From Octopus vulgaris (lineage: Eukaryota), in assembly GCA_951406725.2 (NCBI GenBank), contig OX597818.1, positions 123,628,001-123,692,000 on the forward strand: a stretch of DNA of 64,000 nucleotides, given 5' to 3'. The translations under genes were made by a program, and so were the position numbers. The notes under the pieces were generated by a model. The model was not told the origin of the DNA, did not search any database, and was given only the letters and a program-made list of their open reading frames with translations. Each line of letters opens with the position of its first letter. Position 1 is the first letter of the stretch. Positions 1 through 12,646 of this stretch are shown piece after piece.

Positions 1-322
1 CCTTCACTCAGCTCCATACTAGTACCGAGAAAACCGACCACCAGGGATCCCCTTGTTAAATAAGTCATTCAAACATGTGTTAAATTACTCATACAAATCT
101 TTCTCTCATCTCTGTTATCCTTTTCAATATTTGATTTGTTTCCATTAATGCAACTTTTCTTGCCTGACCGAAAATCACAACAACGAGTATTTATTTCTAT
201 ATTAAAGTGGGTCTTTCTTTACCTTTTACATTATAAATAGCTTCGTTCTACAGAATTCTAATTCTTGTCATAACCAATCAGCTATTCGCTATTTTATCTC
301 GTTCACCTTCTTCTTCTTCCTT

Positions 323-365
<43 letters not shown>

Positions 366-940
366 ACCCTTTCTCACTCTTTCTCTCTGTTCACAGAAAA
401 AAGTATTTTGCTATATCTGTATTGAAATTTATTTAATAAGACATTTGAACACATACTGCTATATTATGTTACAAATGAATAATGTATTGTTTACACCGTG
501 CGCCTTTGTGGTTTAAACAAAGCGCAGCAGGTCATCCAGAGATCGTACATAGAATTAGTTTCTTCAAGTTAACCGATAGATGTTGTGCACGTTGTCCGCA
601 GCTTTGGTGATGTGACTGCACAACCTTAAATTCGTGACATATACAGGACAAGAGGGAAAGACAGGGGGTTGGTTACTGCAAACTGAACCGATCTTTGCAG
701 GCATGAAAGTATTTTAGAGCCTGGATTAGCGAACTAGTTAACAAGATTGTCATCAACAACAGGTTGTAGATCTCACTAAAGACAAAAATTAGATAAGCAT
801 CGAGTTGCTTCTTGCAGTTATTTCGGCTATTTCTTCGACGCGTTTTCTATTTCCTTATATTTTTCTACTTTAAATCATCAAGTCTCATTTTAAAGACAGC
901 AAGAAGACTGAGCTGTTCTACTACATAACAAAATGTTGCT

Positions 941-1076
941 TTCAAATTCTGGCACAAAATCAGTCGTAAGTTGATTACGCTGGAGGGCATAAGTTGATTA
1001 CATCGACCCCGGTGTGAACTGGTACTTATTTTATCGGCCTCGAAAGAGCGAAAGGTAAAGTCTACCTCGGCAGAAA
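941..1076 (-). mobile_element. tRNA-derived SINE family A (OK-like), old partial copy
   Basis: Reverse complement of the core seen at 4700-4800 (ccgagg...ctttcg...ataagtaccagtt...ggggtcgatgtaatc). Confidence 0.75.
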
Positions 1077-1580
1077 ACATAAAATATTAAAACACAAACC
1101 GTTACGAACACGGGCATTGATATACAGCATTAGGGATGTTTCTAAATATAGAAATAAGATACGTGAAGACAATCAGAGAGCAAATCCACAGACACATAAA
1201 AGATGAGATTAACAGTTTCAGAAATTTCATATTAATTTAAATCTGCGAAATTTTAGGTTCAGGAACAGAAAGTCCATTGGTGGTTTCCATTTAACTTTTT
1301 TCTATTTTCTTTGGTTTCTTTTGGGAATTCCTTCACTCATTCATGTATCTTTTCTTTCTTTTTTCTTTCATTCTTTGTCAATATATTTGTTGGTTTGTAA
1401 CTTTGCTTCCTTCTTTTTTTGTTTTGTTTTTTTGTTTTTTTTCCTCTTCCATTCGCATGTTTACTTTTCATTGAATATTCTCTTTGATTTTCACACTCGC
1501 AATATTCTGATTCTAGAAGATTCACCAAGTAAACAAACGTGTCCAACTAATCCATTGTTTTGGAAACGTTTAGGCTTCAA

Positions 1581-1598
1581 CACAGACACACACGCGCG

Positions 1599-1640
<42 letters not shown>

Positions 1641-1830
1641 TTCCTTCTCATTTTTACTTTCTCTCTCTTTCTCTCTCTCACCCTCTCTCTCTTTCTCTCT
1701 CTCTCTCTCAGCATATATGCACACACATTCCCTCTCTCTTTTACTATTTATCTCTTTCTCCCTCAGCATACATATATATATATATATATATATATGCACG
1801 CGCACGTGTGTATGTATGCATATACACATA
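1581..1830. repeat. Compound microsatellite (CA)n/(GC)n/(CT)n/(TA)n
   Basis: Directly visible; explains the low-complexity ORFs at 1321-1844. Confidence 0.95.
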
Positions 1831-2309
1831 AACATATAATATGAGTAGACATGCTTACGTGTTTACTATGAACTTTTAACCTTATTTTGATTAGCGGTCA
1901 TTGGATTAACGCTTTTATATAAGTAGCGGAATTATAACACAGTAATTTCCCTTTGTATAACGGTCTTTTTTCATAGCGTTTTTCAGATAGCCAGATAACC
2001 GAAGAGATGGTGTTGTGGATTCCCACCTCGGCATTCGAAACTCGGAGTTTTATCTTGGCTATTGAATAATTGTCACATATTATTTTACAGATATATATGT
2101 CCTTGTTTTGTATACATTCGAGGCTTTCTTCCAAGGAATCTAATGCGCTTGGCTTAGATTTTCCTTTGGGGCTGGCCAGATCGGAGCAATCTCAAGATTA
2201 ATCAGCCGAAATTGCGAGGATGATCCGGTTCTTGACTGAAGATTGAAGGCTTCGTGTTTTTTGTATCGTCTTCAAATGTTTTGCGTTCTTGTCCCAGTTT
2301 GTATTTTTT

Positions 2310-2348
<39 letters not shown>

Positions 2349-2403
2349 GTTAAATATATATATATACGGTTAAATATTTGTTGTGCAATATGATCATTCC
2401 GAA

Positions 2404-2458
<55 letters not shown>

Positions 2459-2499
2459 TGAGAAAGTTGGTGTGTGAAAGCACGTGGTTGGATATATAG

Positions 2500-2737
2500 A
2501 AAATAGAAAAGAGTGAAAAACTACAGAAGGCTTGTTTTATAAAGTTAAAGAATATATTTAAGTCGTTATGTTAGAAGAATGTTATAAAATTTTGCATATA
2601 GTAACAGTTTTTGAAGAAATTAAGTGAAAAAACTATGTTACTATATGCAAAATTTTATAACATTCTTCTAACATACCGACTTAAATATATTCTTTAACCT
2701 TATAAAACAAGCCTTCTGTAGTTTTTTCACTCTTTTC

Positions 2738-2743
<6 letters not shown>
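2500..2743. repeat. Long inverted repeat (foldback), arms ~107 bp, flanked by (TA)n
   Basis: 2500-2606 is the reverse complement of 2636-2743 with only a few mismatches; spacer ~29 nt. Confidence 0.92.
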
Positions 2744-2798
<55 letters not shown>

Positions 2799-3009
2799 CA
2801 GCTATAGCATTATTTCTGTTTTTCTTTTAAAGTAAAAGTTAAAAAGATGTGTGTGTTATAACCAGTCATAGTCACTTGCAAACTAGTATGAGGTGGTAGC
2901 ATGTACCATATTCGTGCTAATTATTTCACGTAACCATTTAGTCGCAAAGCAGACATAGACACTCACTCGGTCTTCCTACTCTTGATACTGCGGAACATAG
3001 GTGAGAAGG

Positions 3010-3135
3010 CATCACCAGTGATTAGCTGATGCTCACCATTATAGCCGAAGAGGCTGGAACAATGTGAAATGGAGTATCTTACTCAAGAACACGACATGAA
3101 GTGTGGTCCAGGAATCCAGCACACGATCCCACTAC
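3010..3135 (-). mobile_element. tRNA-derived SINE family C, degraded
   Basis: Reverse complement carries gtgttcttgagtaagatact..atttcacattgttccag, shared with 25660-25810 and 44770-45083. Confidence 0.6.
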
Positions 3136-3321
3136 ATGCTTGACACAAGATTTTTTTGCCTGCTGCTTTTCCGCCCAGGTCCGAAAAGACCCTTCTTGAA
3201 TAACTCTGTCCTCAAATGCAGAAGTAAATCACAGCTCCCTGTGGTGATGGCAAAACAAATTTAATTATTACAATCTACCTTCAAGCTCTTCAACAATTCT
3301 TTTTCCTTTTTATAGTATTTA

Positions 3322-3771
3322 CTAGCAGCATAGCCCGGCGTTGCCCGGGTATGTAAGAGCCCCTAGTAGGCAACGACTAATCCCAATCTAGTCCTTTCCC
3401 TCTAGGGAACGAAGGCGCATGTGTAGGTTGCAATGTCTTCTCTTCACTCGAATACTTCTGTGTATACGATGTTCCTAGCTGTCCCTAGCTGTCGAGTTGT
3501 GTCCCCTAGACAGAAAATGTGTTGCATATAAAAAGCTTAGATTCTCGACCCCCATGTCGAATTTATCGATATTTTTCAGAACTGGGGGAACTTTTCAAAA
3601 TTTTCGCTGCGTTAGTTTTGAATTATGACATTGGGCTATGTGTGGGTCAAGTTTCATCAGAATCGGTTGAAAGTCGTGGTCAGGGTGAGGGTACAACCTG
3701 ACAGACACACAGACACACAGACAGACACACAGACACACAGACAGACAAACTGCCATTTATATAGAGAGAGA
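3322..3771 (-). mobile_element. Non-autonomous Helitron
   Basis: Minus strand starts TC(TCTCTATATAAATGGCAGTTTG) plus a microsatellite. It ends in a GC hairpin CCCGGGCAACGCCGGG followed by CTAG and sits between A and T with no TSD. Confidence 0.85.
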
Positions 3772-4630
3772 TTTTAACTTTGAAATTTCCATGAATAATT
3801 AAAATTTATAAACAAGTTACTTTCTATATTTATCTCATTTTCTTCTCTCTCTCTCTTTTCTTCTCTGTGTTTCCCTGTTTCTCTTTATGTTCTCACATCT
3901 CTCATTCTTAATTTCCTTCCTCCATTCTCTCACTCCCACCACTTTCGTTCCCCCCTCTCTTTCTCATTTACACTCTCTAATTTCATTAATCTACGCATCA
4001 TTACGTAGTTTATTATTATTTCACATTGTAAACGAAGGAAGATGACGTAAACTAAGGGAGATAAATGTTTACATATATCAATTATTACCTTTGCATTCTC
4101 ATCGCCAATGTGTCTTTCTCTCCTTTTCTTCTTTATTGACTCCCTCTATCTTTCTCTCTATATATATATGTTTCTCTCTCTTTCTCCCTCTCTCTCACTC
4201 TCTATTTTTCTTCTCTCTCATACTTTGTCTTACTCATTCTTTTCCTCTCGCTAGTTTCTTCTCCCTCCTACTCCTTCCTCTCACCTACTCTCCCTAGATT
4301 AATTAATACTTGAACTACAGAAAATGAAAATTTTATTGTTACATACCTGGTACATAATTAATGCTAACTCAAATCAGATATTGATAGATGTGTGTTTAGC
4401 GAAAATACAGTCGATTTAATTAACACATCTTCTTAAATTGTATTTATCTCATACACGTCTAGTAGATTAAATGAGAAGTCAAACCTGAAAAGATATGAAA
4501 TCAGAACATAGAAAACTTAACCAAGTACATAATCAAAATTGCTTCAACTTTTGGAAGAAAAGAATGAATTAGTGGAGGAGCGAATATATTGAGTTCGCTC
4601 TAAATTCATGGTAATTACATCATTGAAAGA

Positions 4631-5050
4631 AGTGGCGAGCTGGCAGAAACGTTAGCACGCCGGTCGAAATGCTAAGCATTATTTCGTCTGCTGTTACGTT
4701 CTGAGTTCAAATTCCGCCGAGGTCGACTTTGCCTTTCATCATTTTGGGGTCGATTAAATAAGTACCAGTTACGCACTGGAGTCGATATAATCGACTTAAT
4801 CCGTTTGTATGTCCTTGTTTGTCCCCTCTGTGCTTAGCCCCTTGTGGGTAGTAAAGAAATAGGTATTTCGTCTGCCGCTACGTTCTGAGTTCAAATTCCG
4901 CCGAGGTCGACTTTGCTTTTCACCCTTTCGGGGTCGATTAAATAAGTACCAGTTACGCACTGGGGTCGATATAATCGACTTAATCCGTTTGTCTGTCCTT
5001 GTTTGCCCTCTCTGTGTTTAGCCCCTTGTGGGTAGTAAAGAAATAGGTAT
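4631..5050 (+). mobile_element. SINE family A, tandem dimer (full unit plus 5'-truncated unit)
   Basis: A-box-like GCTGGCAGAAACGTTAGC and B-box GAGTTCAAATTCC; the second unit begins at GGTATTTCGTCTG (4862). Confidence 0.9.
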
Positions 5051-5289
5051 ACGTTCCGATGTATGATAAGCAAAGTTAACCTCGGCGGAATTTGAATTCA
5101 AAGCAGACAGAATCAGAACAAGTGAAAAAGTACTATGAAGCATTCTTTCCGACACTCTAATTATTCTACTAACCGATTCGCCGCTTAATGATCGTTATAT
5201 TTCCCTAAAGAAGTTTGTTCGGTAAATATTTTTTATTAAAACCATTAAACTGAACAAATAAACAACTGAAATATCATCTACAACTCACG

Positions 5290-6750
5290 AAACACTTTAT
5301 TAGAATGTAATTCAAACCTGTGTTGAATTATCTCAATCAGTCATGAGTCAGCTGCCATGAAAAGGAACAACCAAAACGTTCGATGTTTGAGAATACATGA
5401 TCCACTCATAACAGAAATTTCACTCATATATGGGATACTTCATGAATATAGTGGAGGCGCAATGGCCCAGTGGTTAGGGCAGTGGACTCGCGGTCGTAGG
5501 ATCGCGGTTTCAATTCCCAGACCGGGCGTTGTGAGTGTTTATTGAGCGAAAACACCTAAAAGCTCCACGAGGCTCCGGCAGGGATGGTGGTGATCCCTGC
5601 TGTACTCTTTCACCACAACTTTCTCTCACTCTTACTTCCTGTTTCTGTTGTACCTGTATTTCAAAGGGCCGGCCTTGTCACTCTCTGTGTCACGCTGAAT
5701 ATCCCCGAGAACTACGTTAAGGGTACACGTGTCTGTGGAGTGCTCAGCACTTACACGTTAATTCCACGAGCAGGCTGTTCCGTTGATCGGATCAACCGGA
5801 ACCCTCGTCGTCGGAACCGACGGAGTGCTTCCATCCATCCATCCATCATGAATATAGTATTTAAAAAATTACATTCGAATTACTGACTATGGGCCAGGTA
5901 GTATTATAGTATTTTCAACATGAAAAGAAATCTTCTGTTTTTATATATTGCAAAGAATTAGGATGCGGATGAGACTTGCAAGACAGTTTCAACTTTATTC
6001 ATTCAGCTTTACTCGATACACGACGTCATTAGTTTTTATATCCTGCCTCTAACTTGGGATAACATAACTGAATGGAGTTAAAACAGGTTTTCTCAGGATT
6101 GAAATTATAAGCATCAGCTTTTTTATCCAACATGTAGTTGTGACAGATTTTGAACAAGCAATGATTAATGCGTTAAGAGATATTTCTCAATTCAAGGTTG
6201 TTTTTTTTATTTTTTCTAATTTCTTTCAATGTGTAATTTAATCTGTTCAAATAAATTATTTTTTGAGCAACTTCACGAAAATAACGAAGAATTTACGTTG
6301 AAGATGCACTTGGTTACAAGCATTGCATTCGCGCCTGTCTCAGATGTAGTTCATTCTCTCGAATATTTATAGAGCAATAGTGCGTTGTTTGAAGAATCCC
6401 AGCTAATCGTAGATTGTGTAGAGAATTTGCTCCCAGATGCCCAAACTTAGACACCGACATCTTCACTTTGATCACACACTATGGAACTGTTTCGTTAACA
6501 ATAAAGACGGTGCCTCAAATACAAACAAGTTTTGTGAACGTTTTGCAATCGATCAGTCAGCTGATGGAGCCATCATCATGACAATAAAAAACTGAAGTAA
6601 TACTCGAACAATATGTCGCTGCTAAAGAAATATCATACATCATGATAAAGAAATTTAAGAGCATGCTCAAAGAATTCAACATGTTAACTATGAATATCAA
6701 AATCATAAAATACTAAATTATTTAAGAAACATCGCTCGTAAATGTTTTCA
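5290..6750 (+). pseudogene. MULE/Mutator-like transposase relic interrupted by a SINE
   Basis: Broken-frame motifs: IIVFST, DADETCKTV (DGTFK-like), LFIQLYSIH, VVTDFEQAMINAL, IQGCFF, SIAFAPVSDV, LWNCF, TNKFCE. Confidence 0.72.
5453..5845 (+). mobile_element. Full-length tRNA-derived SINE (family D) with (TCCA)n tail and 13-bp TSD
   Basis: A box TGGCCCAGTGG, B box GGTTTCAATTCC; TSD tcatgaatatagt at 5440-5452 and 5846-5858. Confidence 0.92.
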
Positions 6751-7399
6751 GAACGCTTCTTCCTTTCTCTAATTTAAAATTTGAAATAATGTTATCTTCT
6801 TACAATATTTTTCTAATTCTATTTTTACAAATAAATTTGATTTGTTTTTCTTGTATATATTGAAACAATTTATCTCTGTAATTCTGTCGCTGAATTTATT
6901 TTTCGTTTTCAATGAAAAGCGACATATTTAGATATTTAGCTTTGCATTTACACTGCGGCTAAGATACATGATGAATTTGTCTACTGATTTAGTGTAATGT
7001 CTTATATTCTTGGAGTAAACTACTGGATAGGGTAGATCGCAAACTTCGAGGGTTTTTGAAGTTCCTTTTCAGATATAAGTTGCTGGTAATTGACTCACGA
7101 CTGCTTTTCACAATACAACATAATCGACACGTCGGATGTAAATACCTTGTGATTTTTAGATCCGTCTTAACTAACTCCCGTTGCACCTTATCAACTTATT
7201 CTTTCGTCCTATTCCAAAGTAGATAAAGTAGATAAAGTAGGTACAACACACAGTTCAAAGGACGGTATAATCATCCAAAACTTCTCACAAAAATAATACA
7301 CCAACCTAAATACATTTTAATGGAAGACGTCAAGAACAAAAAGACATGCTAGCGGGTGAACAAATAGCCATCCATCCATCTGATCCGTCCACTATTCCT

Positions 7400-7700
7400 G
7401 AAACAGTCATGTGGGTGGAATCCACATGCACCGCCTCCATAGGTTCCTATCAGAAGAAACCCGTCATAACATTGCTGGTTAGATTCACAAACATGACCAA
7501 CTGAGTGTAAGGATATATTCAATTATCTCATTCATGGTGCACCACCTCTAGGTCTCCTATCGGTTGATTCGACTTGAAGAATCCCTCATGCGATTCTTTT
7601 CTGCGACATAGCCATGGGATCAAAGATGTGACCTCTCAATGCAGAGACGTAGCGACTTGACCCGAAGTAACTCCTTAATCTCTGGGCTACATATCCTGTC
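7400..7700 (-). mobile_element. Degraded LINE (RTE-like) 3' fragment
   Basis: Minus-strand remnants GYVA and ILQVESTDRRPRGGAP resemble the RTE C-terminal GHV/RRPRGRP motifs. Confidence 0.45.
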
Positions 7701-8524
7701 GAGTATCGTTATTATTACACACACTGTCGAGTAAATAAATAAGGTAAATTGATAGCTATGTATTTATTTTGTTGGAGTTTTTATTTCATTAATTTACCTC
7801 TTACAGTTACTGAATAACTTCACGTTTTTGATTACTTAGCGTTAAGGAAGAAGCCATTTCATATTAACACCAACGCAGTTTTCTGTTTCTATTTTACTTC
7901 TCTTTTTTTTTCTTGCTGGAAAGGACATTCAATTCAAACAAAATACATTTATATTGTAATTAGCTATGAATTTAAAAGCAACAAGGTCTTCAAATTTATT
8001 ACTCACTAACTCATTTTGACTATCTACTTAAGATTTACACTTGCTTTCTCGTTTTTTTTCAATCGGAAAATTCTTGTTCAGATAATGTTTTCATTATATC
8101 GACTTAAGGGTTTTTCTTCAAAGATTACTCTGTTTTTCTCTTTTTTTGTTTTGTTATTTTGTTTGGTTTTTGATGTGTCTATTGTTGTATTCTTATTTGT
8201 TTAGGTTATTTTCTTTTTTTTTTTTGCAAGGTTTATATCCCTAGGCATGGTAATATCAGAAATCGTTATAATAATTCACTTCTACACTCAGAAGTAATTA
8301 TAATTTTAGAAGAGAAAATTAATCAGATTTGTTCATCTGTAAACGTGTTGCAGTATCCTGGATAATTTCTATTTAAAAATGACAATTTTTATTTAAAATA
8401 TATTGCTTACATCAACAGAATCTCCTTAATTAATATATTTCATATCTCAAGCCATTTGGGATTCAATGGTTCGAAAATGTCACGTGAATCTCAAAAAATA
8501 AAATCAAGTATAAAATTTAGTTGT

Positions 8525-8740
8525 ATTTGTTATTAGCCCTAGATCAAACAGAGCTACGAGAAAAGTCGTTCCAATCATGACCATTCCATCTTATTTGTAT
8601 ACATGGTTCATCTAGGACCACATGGTTCATCTAGAACCACATGGTCCAATATCATCCCATATTTTAATATGATAGATTGTGGTTTTAGAGAGATTCGGTT
8701 GTTTTTTAGTTGATCGATCGCCCACGAATATGTCTCCTTC
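8525..8740 (+). repeat. Old dispersed repeat family E (unclassified, SINE-like)
   Basis: Similar copies by eye at ~9370-9560(+), 11400-11500(-), 19920-20225(-), 35210-35540(-), 60395-60530(-) and 63130-63595(-). Confidence 0.55.
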
Positions 8741-10399
8741 AGTCTAAACGCTAAGTCTGATTACTGAAGCTGACTTTCTCCTAACAGGAAAACTCTGATG
8801 TCAATGTGTGTATTTGTATATTACAAGTCCATAAATATATTTCTAGATTTAAATTAAATTTACAGATTCTACATGAAAAATTGTTTTATAGTCCATATGA
8901 TTCAAAATAATTTTCTGTCTTAAAATATATGAAATTTATTGATGAAATCCTGTCTTATCTGTGTGAAAGTTCATCTTTGACACCAGTCAAAATGTCATGT
9001 CGTTATATTTAATAACAATAAACAATCTTTTGAACAAACGATAGCAATCGGTTGTTAAACAACTTATAAGGTATCTTGGGAGATTTTAATAAAACGTTGA
9101 AAAACTGATATCATGATCAAATATATCGATATAGCTATGAAGGTACTGTTCGTAATATTTTAAAATCTATCTCGATTCTCTATATTTTCCTTAAAGCAAT
9201 AAGACGGTTAATAATCACCAATATTTTCAAGTTTATTTTATTTTATATTTAAAGTTCATATTTAATGTCCGTCCGGATTAAAATGATACTATTTGTAGTT
9301 CATCGGCTAATCTGTGCGGAGTTCCCAGCAGTGAAATTTGCCTTTCGGCGAATAAATAGATCATCGTTGTTGCTGTTGTTTAACTGTCGAGTAACAATGA
9401 TCTATGATCAAGGTCGCTCTGACCGTGACCATCCACAATTATATTTAGAGACTGTATGTCTAGGGCTACATTATTTAGTTTCTTCTTTCTTCTTTAACTG
9501 GTCAAGCTACCAGTTTAGAAAAATTTGGTTACCGTTTTAAACAGATCGAAGAACCACGAAGACATTTTTTTCTTCTCAAAATGATCTCTCAATGAACAGA
9601 CACAGTTCCTGAAAGTGGACATCATGCCAGCTTTAGCTTATAGAATTCGTTCGATCTTCCAACGATTTTTTTTTATAACAGGCGGTTGAATAGTGTAACT
9701 TTTGTTAAAATTGCCCTCTTCAGAATCATTTTATCACAAATAACACTATCCAGCCCGTAAAATACTGTAATCATCTTACAACACTCTGGAGGTCAAACTC
9801 CAATTCAATTCTTGGTGTATCCTTTGCCCAATATCGTCAAGTCAAGACAAGAGATGTTGTCTCAGTGCATAACCCCTACAAAAATGCTCGTACAAAGACA
9901 TCACATAATGATAAGCAGAACAACAATACTCATCACAACATAATTTAAAATGCATAATTTAAAATATGATAAACTAACTATAACGACAATTCGCAAAATG
10001 GCTAATATGACAATATGACTCCTGCGGAAACAACTCCCCACGGCTAAGAATTCACAAAACCTCCAAAAGATAATGACCAAAAGCATCAAACCTCCCAAGA
10101 AGTTATTTACACGCAACTAAATCCAAACAATGAAGTTAAATAAATTTATAACTGAGTAAAGAATCAAAGTAGTTTAGATCTCAGATACAATAAAAAGTAT
10201 TCATCTAAACCTGCCAATATCCAGTTGAAACAAAAAACCCTTTTTATTATTAAAATAGAAAAAAGTGGGTATCTAAAATGAAAAAGAAAGCAAGTATATG
10301 AAAGATATACATTATGTAAAATGTGAATGTAAAAGAAAAATTAAGCAACGGTTTCTAATAATGACTGGTAGGATATGTAACTTTGAAAACGTTAACATG

Positions 10400-11330
10400 C
10401 CAAACGAAATCATGTGTTTCAAACAGATGCTAAACATTTCAGTCATATATCAGAAAAGAAAACCATCGTAATGGAAGATAGAGCAGCTACAAAACATCCA
10501 AGCTTACGGCGAGTACATAAGGAACCAAGATGTATAAGGCATATAAAGCTGTCCAAATTCTAAAAAAAAAGAAAGAAAAGAGAAATGCAATAACAGCAGC
10601 AGTATGCATGTTTCAGCACAACCAGCGTTGAATTTATTAACAGAATAATGATCGTAGAAACTGGTCTCCTCTCGCAATTGATTACATCGTAAACCTACAC
10701 AACAATATACGTGAAACTATAGCAACAGTAATCAGAAATGAAAAGGACAACTCCAAAATATATGAAGTAAAAATTTATCTACCAACAATGTCTTTATTCT
10801 CTAACTGACTGACTGGTTTTTATTTTTTTATTTTTGTTTTTTGGGGGGTTTTTTCTCGAAGATAATAATTTCGAACCCTCAGAGCAGAAAAAAATGTCAG
10901 AAGAGGTCAAAGCGATAAGAGCAACAAAAAAAATCATCCCCAAGGTTGGTCCAGAATAAATGGTGAGGAATTTACTAACACTATAATGGCTGACAGCACC
11001 TGGAAGTCTCTTTGCATTGATGAATATTTAATTTCTTGTGTAACTGACATCAAAACAAAAAAGAAACGAAAATCTAAATATGGCAAAAATTGATAACTGA
11101 AAAGCCTTTGACAACCTACCACGCGAGTGAATATTGGAGATAGTGGGTATTGATAAATAAAGCAACTCCAATACTAAACCAGTGTATATATGTATGTGTC
11201 TGTGTTGTGTGTGCATGTATGTGTCAATTACATCAAGTCAAAATGGAAACATCGATAGAAATGTAAGACTCGGAGAAGGGAATTTTTAAAGGCGATTACT
11301 TATCCTTGCTATTCTTCTGTCTAACTTCGT
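10400..11330 (+). mobile_element. R4/Dong-type (RLE) non-LTR retrotransposon RT fragment
   Basis: NLNMAKIDN*KAFDNLPRE*IL (MAWIDYKKAFDSVPH-like) and GIFKGDYLSLLFFCL (RGIFQGDSLSPLLF-like). Confidence 0.75.
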
Positions 11331-11950
11331 TAAAACATCCATTGCGTCAGACTATCAACTATAAATTCTATGGACAGTAAAGATCAAATTATGGAGAATA
11401 TGCATCATTCAGCCTACTAGAAATAGCAGCCAAATCATCCTCAAATCTTACCCTGTCGTCTTAGAAATAAAAGGGCATCTGGCTTAATGTAGTTGACACA
11501 GTTGTCCACCACAAGGTTCAGTCCTTGTTATGGTATGATGTATTATGTGCTTCGGTGATCATGAAAGTTATGCCAACGGAACATTGCTATTGTTGTTGTT
11601 ACTATTGCTGTTTCTGATGTTGCTGCTACTGCGAAGATCCTGGTAGAACTGCGGATGCGCTGCGTACTTTTAAAGCATCCTCTGTCCTCTTGAACAACCC
11701 TGCCTTCATTCTGGATCGGTGGAAGCCTCCTGAACCCTTATTGCATCGGTCACAGACGACACTCTCGTCTTGGTTCCCAGCCCAAATCCCAATTCTCGGT
11801 GAGACCACCCGTCAAGAGAAGCCTGCAGCCGTTGATGAGAATGGTTAGTAAGGGAGGTGATAAAGTAAGCACCAGCTGAGTACTGGAGACGGTGTAATCA
11901 ACTATACCCATCTACGAGATTTCAGGCCTTGTGCCTATAGAAGAAAGTGT

Positions 11951-12577
11951 TATTATTATTTTTTCCTTCTTTCTTCAAATTTTCTTCCATTTCTCGTCGA
12001 GTGCTTTCCGTACACCTAGGGCAGAGATGCTCATTGTATGCATTCCCAGATTGCACACGCAAATTCACAGATAAAATTTGTATTTAAAAAATTAATAAAT
12101 GAATAAATTCATGAATGGATGTTGTTTTCACAGCGATAATGCTCTTCTCGGTACATGAGTGGTTTCAGTTAACACGCACGATTTTTTTCACTTCCTGTAG
12201 GGATGGTAAACCTGGTATCATTTTTAAATAAGTTTCAGTACCTTTTTTTATCATTCCTAGAAATCCTGCATTCACTGGTACTTGAGATACCACATTTTTT
12301 TTTTCAATTTCTTTTAGCAAGTCTTTATATTTACTGATCTCAAATTCTTTCGCCGCTATATTGTGATCGCAAGGAATACTCATGTCAATTAATAAACACA
12401 CCTTTTTTGTCTGATCTTCTATAATAATATCCGGTTTATTAACTTTTGTAGTTTTGTCGGTATGTACGGCGAAGTCCCAGAGAATCGATACATTTTCTCC
12501 CTCAGTCACAGCTTCAGGGTGGTGTTTATACCATTTGTCAGCGGTTTTGATTGTATAATGCCGACATATTGTCCAGT

Positions 12578-12578
<1 letters not shown>
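11951..12578 (-). mobile_element. R4/Dong LINE 3' end with restriction-like endonuclease
   Basis: ORF 12165-12509 ILWDFAVHTDK..KPDIII..CLLIDMSIP..KYKDL; 3'UTR and (TAA)n tail. Confidence 0.88.

Positions 12579-12579
<1 letters not shown>

Positions 12580-12646
<67 letters not shown>

Noticed and set aside
1321-1844. ORFs rich in HT/YI/SL/CV dipeptides here and at ~15.4k, 16.4k, 19.4k, 38.6-40.3k, 42.2-42.9k, 44-46k and 52.7-55.1k
   Set aside because: Translations of stop-free microsatellites, with no complex domain
4631-5050. Regularly repeated units as a CRISPR-like array
   Set aside because: Eukaryotic SINE tandems with no unique spacers and no cas genes
5453-5530. tRNA-like sequences here and at other SINE heads
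   Set aside because: A/B boxes continue into SINE bodies with tails or TSDs; no complete cloverleaf
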